Positions 1 through 10,561 of a DNA stretch of 64,000 nt are shown in pieces. The stretch is from contig OX597819.1 of the NCBI GenBank assembly GCA_951406725.2, positions 9,300,001 to 9,364,000 on the forward strand, given 5' to 3'. The notes beneath the pieces are model-generated. The model saw only the letters and a program-made list of their open reading frames with translations. It had not been told where the DNA came from and did no database searches. Both the position numbers and the translations under genes were made by a program. This DNA comes from Octopus vulgaris. Lineage: Eukaryota. Position 1 is the first letter of the stretch; every line of letters begins with the position of its first letter.

Positions 1-200
1 TCACCCCTTCTCTCTCTCACTCCTCTCTCTCACTCCCCTCTCTCGTTCCTCTCTCTCACTCCCCTTTCTCTCTCACTCCCCTCTCTCTCACTCCTTTCTC
101 TCACTCCTCCCCTCTCTCACTCCTTCTCTCTCTCACTCCCCTCTCTCGTTCTTCTCTCTCTCACTCCCCCCTCTCACTCCTCTCTCTTACTCCCTTCTTT
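1..200. repeat. CT-rich low-complexity repeat
   Basis: Degenerate ctctctcactcc units. Confidence 0.9.
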
Positions 201-1274
201 GTATTTATAGTTAGAAATTTAATAAATACAAAGAAAAGGATTTCCCATAGGCATCTATTTCTGCCCTTTCTGAATCTTTACCGTTTCTTCTCGCTCCCTT
301 ATTCTTTTAGCTTTCTCTCTCTTGTCTCCGTTTTTCTAATATTCCTCACACGCTTTCTCACTCTGCTCTAAACTCTAAGCCTCTTTTCGTAAACCATTTT
401 ACGTACAACGTACTGCGATTCAGTAGAAAAATGTCTTTTTTTAATTCTTTTTTTTAAGTGATCACATGAAGCAACATTGTTGCACGTTATGTCAACAGGT
501 TTTCAGTGAATATCATTTATCATGTAAAACAAGGTAGTTGTATCAATGTCATTGTGTAAGGGCGAGGTCGACTAAACGTGACAAAACGTGGAAAAAAGAG
601 AGAGGTTCTCCTGTATCCCAGCTTCGCCGCAACCACCACCAACACCATTTCGAGCTGACTCTTTCAACATTCCTAGCTTTCGCTTCGCTTTAACTTGTCG
701 ACTGACAACAGATATTGTTTGATTAATATATCTTCCTTTATCCTACGTGCTTTATCACTATTTGTTATGGTGGGAACATCAGTATAGGATGCGAAATGCG
801 GAGACATGAAGGCGAGCTCAAATACGATACGGATAATGTTGCCTTCAGCATAGGCTTCATACACTCGTTAAGAAGCTGATTCATAAAGAAAACAATACAA
901 AAAAGTTGAAAGATTTCCATATTTAAAATCAATAAATCAATTCGAACAGAAGGGAAATTAGATATTCCACAGGTACATAGTTTTCTATGGACCTTCTTTA
1001 TAAGCTGTGTGAACAAAATTGTGAAGATAAGCTAATACCTTACATGTTCATATGACTTAAGTTCAACGAAACAGAGTTTGTATATGGTCGTTCAACATGC
1101 TAGAAATAATAACCAATGTTTATACAGAAGGAAACATTGGGTAATGTAGTCCTAGATACGTTAAACTTAAAAATACAATGTGATGGTCATAGCTGGAATT
1201 CATTTCATGATGCGTCTGCCTTAGATTTCATAATAGGTTTGCTCAACGACAGAAAGGCAATAGCAGAAATATGG

Positions 1275-1583
1275 TGGAAGCACTCCGTCGGTTACGACGA
1301 CGAGGGTTCCGGTTGATCCGAATCAACGGAACAGCCTGCTCGTGAAATTAACGTGTAAGTGGCTGAGCACTCCACAGACACGTGTACCCTTAACGTAGTT
1401 CTCGGGGATATTCAGCGTGACACAGAGAGTGACAAGGCCGGCCCTTTGAAATACAGGTACAACAGAAACAGGAAGTAAGAGTGAGAGAAAGAGTACAGCA
1501 GGGATCACCACCATCCCCTGCCGGAGCCTCGTGGAGCTTTAGGTGTTTTCGCTCAATAAACACTCACAACGCCCGGCCTCCAC
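1275..1583 (-). mobile_element. SINE-A, tRNA head internally deleted
   Basis: Near-identical to the body of the full copy at 29681-30061; gcccgg is joined directly to cctccac. Confidence 0.9.
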
Positions 1584-1885
1584 GGAAGAATCAATAAAAT
1601 AAGAGTTAATCATGTAATGAGTGCGATTCAGATGACTCTTCCTTTCTTCTCCACTAGAAATATTTGGTCTTGTAGAAATGGAAGAAATCGATATTAACGA
1701 TGACGTGAATATTACTTCTAATTTAATTGATAATCATCGATGCCATTATAAGATGATATCCGTTATAGTATATCATTGTTGTAGATATATCTTTCTAAAG
1801 TATATCAAATATTTAATTAACAACACGGATCCATACAGGGCTGTCTATCCATATGGTATCCATGTTATACACCCAGACTATGGGA

Positions 1886-2752
1886 AATATTCTTTTCTAC
1901 GCTAGGCACGAGGCCCGAAATTTTGGGGGAGGGGGGAGTCGATTAGATCTGGTACGCAACTGGTACTTAATTTATCGACCCCGAAAGGATGAAAGGCAAA
2001 GTCGACCTCGGCGAAATTAGAACTCAGGACTTAATGACAGACGAAATACCGCCCGCCATGCTAACGTTTCTGCCAGCTCGCCGCCTTAGACTACGGGAAA
2101 TATTCTTTTCAACTCTAGGCACAAGGCCCAAAATTTTGGGAAGAGAGTCAGTCGATTAGATCGACCCTAGTACGCAACTGGTACTTAATTTATCGACATC
2201 AGAAGGATTAAAGGGAAAGTCGACCTCGGCGAAATTTGAACTCAGAACGTAAAGACAGACGAAATACTGCCCGGCGTGCAGACATAAAAGGGACAAACAA
2301 GGACAGACAAACGGATTAAGTCGATTACATCGACCCCAGTGCGTAACTGGTACTTAATTTATCGACCCCGAAGGGATGAAAGGCAAAGTCGACCTCGGCG
2401 GAATTTGAACTCAGAACGTAAAGACAGACGAAATACTGCCCGGCGTGCAAACATAGAGGGGACAAACAAGGACAGACAAAGGGATTAAGTCGATTACATC
2501 GACCCCAGTGCGTAACTGGTACTTAATTTATCGACCCCGAAGGAATGAAAGGCAAAGTCGACCTCGGCGGAATTTGAACTCAGAACGTAAAGACAGACAA
2601 AATACTGCCCGGCGTGCAAACATAAAAGGGACAAACAAGGACAGACAAAGGAATTAAGTCGATTACATCGACCTCAGTGCGTAACTGGTACTTAATTTAT
2701 TGACCCCGAAGGAATGAAAGGCAAAGTCGACCTCGGCGGAATTTGAACTCAG
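1886..2752 (-). mobile_element. SINE-B cluster with ~169-bp tandem units
   Basis: Repeated gaaaggcaaagtcgacctcggcggaatttgaactcag; ggacaaacaaggacagac recurs near 2291, 2460 and 2629. Confidence 0.9.
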
Positions 2753-3087
2753 GCTGAGACTTGTCATATAGTCCATTTTCAACGTTAGTTAAGGAATTGA
2801 TTGCGTACGTCGGATATTTTTATCGCTCCATTAATCAGGTAACTAGCAGATGGTTCTGGTATTGAAAAACAGAAATGTGAGACCAAATACATATATATAC
2901 ATTCATGTAAGGGTATATTTCGTGCGTGGGTGGGGAGTGTGTGTATAGGAGACAGGGTGTATATATATATAAATTGTTAATGTTACCATTCGCAATTTAG
3001 AACCGAAAGGCAAAAGTATAGTCGTCACTAAATTGACTGAGGGTGCTAGTTATCACCAGTGTTGCCAGAAATAGGAGTTAAAAAATA

Positions 3088-3715
3088 AGAGTTAGCCATT
3101 CTGCATGCACTCGTCCAGTGTCTGGGCATTGCCGACTTGTGGTGCTTTGTCGAACAACTGCTGTCGTGTGTAGGACAGAACCGTTTATCGGCCAAATCCA
3201 TCGTGAAGATCGCCCCTTCACGTTCTTTCGGCCGGGAAGGGCAGGCAGATTTCCTCTGTCTGGTAGCTGTGGTGGAAGAGACAGCGTGGTGGTCGAGGTC
3301 GAAAGGACTGAAGGTCGGCACCTTCCTCTTCGGCCAAGGCCTCATCGAATTTTTCAAGGTCCGCTTGAAAAGCAAAGTGTGGGTGGAGAGGGAAGTGCTT
3401 ACCCCATCATTCCACATTAATTTTGTTGAAAGGTGGGTAAATGTGGCGAGGATGACCCATGTGAATGGACCTACTCTGAGCATGCGCCTGTAGATCGAAG
3501 GGAATGAGGTGAAGAGGGGTGTCCAGGACGAGTGGGATTCATTGGTTGCCCCTAGGTGGAGCTTCCCTGCTTTTGGGGGAATTTTATTATCCATAATTTT
3601 GATAATTGTTATTGTTTTTTTTACTCTTTATATGCACTAAATACAAATCCACACTGTCTTTTATATTGCATCGTTCTTTATGTGTGCTGCCCTTGTTGCT
3701 AATTAAGAAATGATT
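3088..3715 (+). mobile_element. Tx1/L1-clade LINE 3' fragment (ORF2 C-terminus plus 3' UTR)
   Basis: Translation HALVQC..ADLWCFVEQLL...AWWSRSKGL...FVERW resembles the zf-RVT and downstream C-terminal region of L1/Tx1 ORF2. Confidence 0.7.
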
Positions 3716-3753
3716 ATTATTATTACCATTATCAGTAGTAGTAGTAGTAGGAA

Positions 3754-4131
3754 GGCGACGAGCTGGCAGAATCGTTAGCACGCCGGGCGAAATGCGTAGT
3801 GAAGAAATAGGTATTTCGTCTGCCGCTACGTTCTGAGGTCGACTTGGCCTTTCATCCTTTCGGGGTCGATTAAATAAGTACCAGTTACGCACTGGGGTCG
3901 ATATAATCGACTTAATCCATTTCTCTGTCCTTGTTTGTCCCCTCTATGTTTAGCCCCTTGTGGGTAGTAAAGAAATAGGTATTTTGTCTGTCTTCACATT
4001 TTTAGTTCAAATTCCGCCGAGGTCGACTTCACCTTTCATCCTTTCGGAGTCGATAAATGAAATACCAGTTCAACACAGGTTGATGTAATCCCCTCCCCCA
4101 AAATGGCTGCCCTTGTGGCAAAATTTGAAAC

Positions 4132-4132
<1 letters not shown>
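3754..4132 (+). mobile_element. SINE-B dimer
   Basis: ggcgacgagctggcagaatcgttagcacgccgggcg head, two bodies, aagaaataggtatt junctions. Confidence 0.85.
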
Positions 4133-4167
<35 letters not shown>

Positions 4168-4245
4168 CATTATTTTTATCATTATTATTATTATTATTGT
4201 TATTATAATTATTATTGTTGTTGTTGTTATTATTATTATTATTAT

Positions 4246-4288
<43 letters not shown>

Positions 4289-4298
4289 GGTGGTGGTG

Positions 4299-4345
<47 letters not shown>

Positions 4346-4388
4346 GGTGGTGGTGGTGGTGGTGGTGGTGGTTGTGGTGGTGGTAATA
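4132..4388. repeat. Compound trinucleotide microsatellite (TAT/TGT/TAG/TGG)
   Basis: Directly visible. Confidence 0.95.
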
Positions 4389-4905
4389 ACAGAAATTTTA
4401 TCTAACCCTTTGATGTCATTAATTCTTAGCTTGAGGGTGTGCACGGGAGAGAGACATCCTATGATCATAAATTCGTCAAAGTTATCATAATACAACTTAT
4501 ACTTTTGTTTAGCAAAGTACACAAACAATTTTTGCTCTGTAATTTGCTAAAAGCTGTTGAAAAATGAACACAACACCTGTCTACAACACTGAGTGGGAAA
4601 TACTAATCGCTTTATAAAGGTAGTAGTAGGGGGGGGGGTTAACATTTAGTTCATTTTGGAATACTATCAGAAATGTCTGCAAGGAAGCTTCGAGTGGTAG
4701 GAAAATTATATATTTATTAAATAATAAAAGCAACAATCGGAAATAGCCTTATATCTAAAGAGGATAAAATACTGGCTTTCGTCCAGACATCTGTTGGCGT
4801 CGATAATTTGAGAAGGAAAAGAATTGTCTAAAACCAAATACAAACTGTATCGTATGATTTGGCGCATTTACTTTCTCACTAATTCAAGGTTCGATTCTGA
4901 GTTCT

Positions 4906-5137
4906 AGGCGGCGAGCTGGCAGAACCGTTAGCACGCCGGGCGAAATGCGTAGCCGTATTTCGTCTGCCGTTACGTTCTAAGTTCAAATTCCGCCGAGGTC
5001 GACTTTGCCTTTCATCCTTTCGGGGTCGATAAATCAAGTACCAGTTACGCACTGGGGTCAATGTAATCGACTTAATCCGTTTGCTTGTCCTTGTTTGTCC
5101 CCTCTATGTTTAGCCCCTTGTGGGTAGTAAAGAAATA
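4906..5137 (+). mobile_element. SINE-B monomer
   Basis: Head ggcggcgagctggcag through tail agtaaagaaata. Confidence 0.9.
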
Positions 5138-5349
5138 TATCTCCGAGACTAACTTTACATATTCATCCACCTGGACTAGATAAAATTTTAGAAAATAGCG
5201 CGATAGCATTTATAAGGTCTTGATTCCATTTTTTTTTTCTTTTACACTAATTATCCAGAGGAGAAAGAACAGATCTCACAGCACTTTATTTTCTTAGTGC
5301 CTCGGAGACAGGTGGGATGAACGAAAGCGATTCTCTAATTAAAGATGTG

Positions 5350-5685
5350 AAGGCGCATGGCTCAGTGGTTAGAGCGTCGAGCTTACGATCGTGAGGTTGT
5401 GAGCTCGAATCCCGGACCGGGCTGCGTGTTGTGTTCTTGAGCAAGGCACTTTATTTCACATTGCTCCTGTTCACTCAGCTGTAGAAATGAGTTGCGACGT
5501 CACTGGTGCCAAGCTGTATCGGCCTTTGTCTTTCCCTTGGATAACACTGGTGGCGTGGAGAGGAGAGGCTGGTATGCATGGGCGACTGCTGGTCTTCCAT
5601 AAACAACCTTGCCCGGACTTGTGTCTAGGAGGGTAACTTTCTAGGTGCAATCCCATGGTCTGTGTCGTGACCGAAGGGGGTCTCC
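5350..5685 (+). mobile_element. SINE-D, tRNA-derived with CORE/V-like central domain
   Basis: A box tggctcagtgg, B-box-like gagctcgaatccc, then gtgttcttgagcaaggcacttt...cactcagctgtagaaatgag. Confidence 0.75.
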
Positions 5686-6246
5686 GAGTCAGAATGGAGA
5701 GGGCAAATCCGATGACTCCTTATGTTTTTCAGTGCTTCCAAGAGTACTGAAATGAGGGGGAGCAGTTATTCTCAAGCCTGAGAGCTGGCTTGTACTGTTG
5801 CCACAGAGTTATGGGACTCACTGGCTATACTGTTTGTACTCGTGGATACGATGCTTTGTTTTATGCTTGATTTTATGCTGACAAAAAACGGTAAAAATTA
5901 TACATGAAAGAAAAAAAATTGTAATAAGATCTGACATTAAATTCGGAGTGCGACTTCTACACGAGTAAGTAAAATGTATTACAACATATCACTCCTCATC
6001 GCTAGCCTAGCCAGTCGTTCTTACCTTTCATCACAGGTATTCCAGCTGTGAGCAACCCGTCTTTATCCTATGTAAAAAAAAAAACAAAAAAAAAACAGGA
6101 CCACCTTATTCATTGTATTCTTTTCTACAAGTGTGGAAATATAATTTAAGGGACATTAAGCTGTTATTTCTAACAGATCGAGTGACCACATCGAAGTTCC
6201 CTCACTGATGGTTTGGTTGATGTTGCTGCTGTTCAGACCCATCTTA

Positions 6247-6615
6247 TGGAAGCACTCCGTCGGTTCCGACGATGAGGGTTCCGGTTGATCCGAATCAACA
6301 GAACAGCCTGCTCGTGAAATTAACGTGTAAGTGGCTGAGCACTCCACAGACACATGTACCCTTAACATACTTCTCGGGGATATTCAGCGTGACACAGAGA
6401 GTGACAAGGCCGGCCCTTTGAAATACAGGTACAACAGAAACAGGAAGAAAGAGTGAGAGAAAGTTGTGGTGAAAGAGTACAGCAGGGATCACCACAATCC
6501 CCTGCCGGAGCCTCGTGGAACTTTTAGGTGTTTTCCCTCAATAAACACTCAAAACGCCCGGTCTGGGAATCGAAACCGCGATCCTATGACCGCGAGTCTG
6601 CTGCCCTAACCACTG
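6247..6615 (-). mobile_element. SINE-A
   Basis: Family match; TSD agacccatctta. Confidence 0.9.
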
Positions 6616-6699
6616 AGACCCATCTTAACTTACAACTGGACTTTAGGCAGAAATTCGACCTAAGCACTCATAGTATGTATTATATCATTTGCCATCCTA

Positions 6700-7647
6700 T
6701 TACACACAACACGTACACACACACACGCACACACGTTTGCATGTATACATACATATATACACATACACGCCCACACATATACTATATATACACACACACG
6801 CCCACATATACTAACATATTTGCATGCAAACACATACATACATACATAGATACATACATACATACATACGTACGTGCGTACGTACGTACATACGTACATA
6901 CATATGTACATGCATACATACATACATACATACATACATACATACATACATACATACATACATACATACATTCATACATACATTCATACATACATACATA
7001 CATACATTCATACATACATACACATACATACATACATACATACATACATACATACATTCATACATACATACATACATACATACATTCATACATACATACA
7101 TACATACTTTCATACATACATACATACACACATACATACATACATACATACATACCTACATACATACATACATACATACATACATACATACAAACATACA
7201 TACATACATACATACCTACATACATACATACATACATACATACATACATACATACATACATACATACCTACATACATACATACGTACATACATACATACA
7301 CACACATACATGCATACATACATACATACATACATACATACATACATACATACATACCTACATACATACATACATACATACATACATACCTACATGCATA
7401 CATACATACATACATACATACATACATACATACATACATACATACATACATACACACATACACACATACATACATACATACACACACATACATACATACA
7501 TACATACATACATACATACATGCATACATACATACACACACACACATACATACATACATACATACATACATAAATACATACATACATACATACATACATA
7601 CATACATACATACATACATACATACATACATACATACATACATACAT
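6700..7647. repeat. (TACA)n microsatellite
   Basis: About 0.8 kb of TACA with a CA-rich lead-in. Confidence 0.97.
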
Positions 7648-8211
7648 TGAAGCATGCCTCATATCGCGGTGAAAAATCAGCAAATAAACAGTTTCAAATA
7701 TTCATTCACTTTTGGCGTTATCTACAAATCGTTTATGCAAATTGCAACGATTTCCAGCAAAGAAATAAAGAATAAACAGAAAAAACAAAATAAGCACTTC
7801 TTTTCAATGGTGTGAGTTAATATCTTGTACACTGACATTTGTTGATATTTTCAAACTCGCAAATTTATAGCAAACTTCTGTGAAGCTTGTCTAAAAGGTT
7901 AAAGAATAAATTATAGAGTTTATGGTGGAGGCTGGATGTTTACAAGACAGATGTAATAGCCAAGGTTTCTGTTCTAATTCATGCACACGTGATGCATTTT
8001 TAATCACTTATGTCATTTCAACACAAACTCTATTTCACTTTATTCTTCTATTATATTTTATTGTTCTTTCATCATATCGATTTTTTTTTCAAATAAACAT
8101 TTTTTTTTCTGTTGGGACTTTGTTCATAGTCGACTGAAACGATCCTATTTCACTTCACTCTTGCAAATACAAAGCTCTCACGTCAGTAAGGAAGTATTTC
8201 CACATATTGGA

Positions 8212-8597
8212 TGGAAGCACTCCGTCGGTTACGACGACGAGGGTTCCGGTTGATCCGAATCAACGGAACAGCCTGCTCGTGAAATTAGCGTGTAAGTGGC
8301 TGAGCACTCCACAGACACATGTACCCTTAACGTAGTTCTCGGGGATATTCAGCGTGACACAGAGAGTGACAAGGCCGGCCCTTTGAAATACAGGTACAAC
8401 AGAAACAGGAAGTAAGAGTGAGAGAGAAAGTTGTGGTGAAAGAGTACAGCAGGGATCACCACCATCCCCTGCAGGAGCCTCGTGGAGCTTTAGGTGTTTT
8501 CGCTCAATAAACACTCACAACGCCCGGTCTGGGAATCGAAACCGCGATCCTACGACCGCGAGTCCGCTGCCCTAACCACTGGGCCATTGCGCCTCCA
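8212..8597 (-). mobile_element. SINE-A full length
   Basis: Family match; TSD ttccacatatt. Confidence 0.92.
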
Positions 8598-8949
8598 CTT
8601 CCACATATTTATAGTAGGATGGAATGAAACTGTGAAATTTATGTTTTTCCGAAGGACATTATTTGTGGAAGAAACGTGACAATGGCTTGTATCAGCAATC
8701 TAAATAACGTCGCACACTCTGACGATTGGAGCTTTTGTTCGACAACATCCAAACCAATAAAAATAGTAACAATATTGGTTTCTAAGTTTAGTAGAAGCTC
8801 AACAATTTGGAGTGAGGGACTGGTCGATAGCATCATCATAGTACGAGACTCGGAATTCATTTTATCGACCTTGAAAGGATGAACAGTAAAGTTGGCCTCA
8901 ATAGGATCGCTAACGATTCTGCCAACTTGCCGCTTTGTGGACGATAAGT

Positions 8950-9165
8950 GACAGAGGTACTTGGAATCATGACAAGCCAATTTGAGAAGTGGCTTGGCAA
9001 ACTTGGACTCACTATCAAGACCTAGATGCTCCAGAAAACATCATTGCTTGGAATAGCCAAGATTTTTGAGAAGAGTTATATCAATGTCATTAGTTATGAT
9101 CCGCTCCTAATCAAATGATATCGATATACAATCAGCCTGGGAAATGTGATGATAACAATGATAAC
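8950..9165 (+). mobile_element. R4/Dong-like non-LTR 3' fragment
   Basis: Translates EVLGIMTSQFEKWLGKLG...MLQKTSLLGIAKI, like the LQKxALLGTARILR terminus of RLE-type elements. Confidence 0.6.
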
Positions 9166-9169
9166 AATG

Positions 9170-9635
9170 TTTTCTTTATTAATCACCAACAGCCTACCAA
9201 AAGGTCAAGGACGGCATAGGACGATACAATGCAATTCATTATAGGGTTGCATAAAATAAATGCACATAAACAGTAAAATAAAAGAAACAAAGAACAAAAT
9301 ATTCAATAAATAAATTATTTTTCCATAGATGCTACCTTCTGGAGCTGATCGTGGAAAACCACGGTCACCCTGACCACTAGAGCAAGTACTCGCTCCCTTC
9401 AATGCCTCTTCCTCAATCTATAAGCGCGTGCTCAGAGCAGGTTCGTACACTTGGACCATTCTTGCCACTCTCCATTTTTAGTTTCTTTTTTGATTGGAAC
9501 TTGAAAGAGTCGATGAAGACTTGGCCGAAGAGGGATGTATCTATCTCGTCCAGCATATAACCTCCTTCGCTAAGGCCATCAGACAGACTTTTCCTTTCCG
9601 GCCAAAGGAAGGCTGCAGGACGATCTTCACTATGT
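9170..9635 (-). mobile_element. Tx1/L1-clade LINE 3' fragment
   Basis: Reverse complement aligns by eye with 3200-3520 (gtgaagatcg...tttggccggaaagg...ctctgagcacgcgc); ends in aataaagaaac. Confidence 0.65.
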
Positions 9636-10145
9636 CGCGCCCGCGCGTGTGTGTGTGTATGCGTGTAGAATTTGAAATGTGTATGTCTGGTTTTCTGGCA
9701 GAGTCGTTAGCGTGTCAGTCAAAATGCTTCGTTCTGACTCATTGTACTCAGCGTTCAAATCCCGTTGAGGTCAACTTTCCTTTTCATCATTTCCGGATCG
9801 AGAAAAAAATGACCACTCCAAAGCTGTGGAGTGTCAGAACTGTAAGGACACACACACATACATACATACATACATACATACATATGTTTGTGTGAGTGCG
9901 TGTATGTGTGTGCGTATAAAAATGGAATAAATGTAAGAGCTGATTCGTTGCGCTTAATTTTGTCTTTATTTTGTTCTCTGTTTTAATTAAATATATAGTC
10001 GTATATCTGGATTAGATGGTTTGTTGTATAGACATATATACACACACTCGCACGTTCATATATGCAAATATATATGTGTGTGTGTATGTGTATTACGTAT
10101 ATGTTTATCTACTTATATATCCCTGTATTTGTCTCTCTCTCTCTC

Positions 10146-10206
<61 letters not shown>

Positions 10207-10306
10207 TACTAACAATATAGGATGAAGTCCCTTTCTCTACAGAAAAGGATTTCATCAAAAAGCGTGGCAGTATATTTAAAAAAACCTTTACGGTTGAAGT
10301 ATAAAC

Positions 10307-10545
10307 ATCTTATAATTAAGGGCTAAAGAAGGTTATTCTAAAGCCAATACACTGATTTATCCACTTATAATCCACTTGTTACAGGAAAATTGAACTGAAA
10401 GCGGCAACTAACCTTTAGAAAATTTAAATTTTCTAAAGGTTAGTTGCCCGCCTTCAGTTCAATTTTCCTGTAACAAGTGGATTATAAGTGGATAAATCAG
10501 TATATTGGCTTTAGAATAACCTTCTTTAGCCCTTAATTATAAGAT
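10307..10545. repeat. Spacerless ~240-bp near-perfect palindrome
   Basis: Arms of ~119 bp centred on aattt|aaatt at 10425/10426. Confidence 0.95.
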
Positions 10546-10561
10546 ATATATATATATATAT

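Noticed and set aside
5945-5978. Tc2/pogo-like terminal sequence gtgcgacttctacacgagtaa
   Set aside because: No matching opposite end or transposase remnant could be found.
6528-7775. 415-aa ORF and similar long ORFs at 51966-53157, 30509-31423, 47184-47628 and 4070-4528
   Set aside because: They are stop-free translations of microsatellites (YIHT, MYVC, YI, poly-T/N), not proteins.
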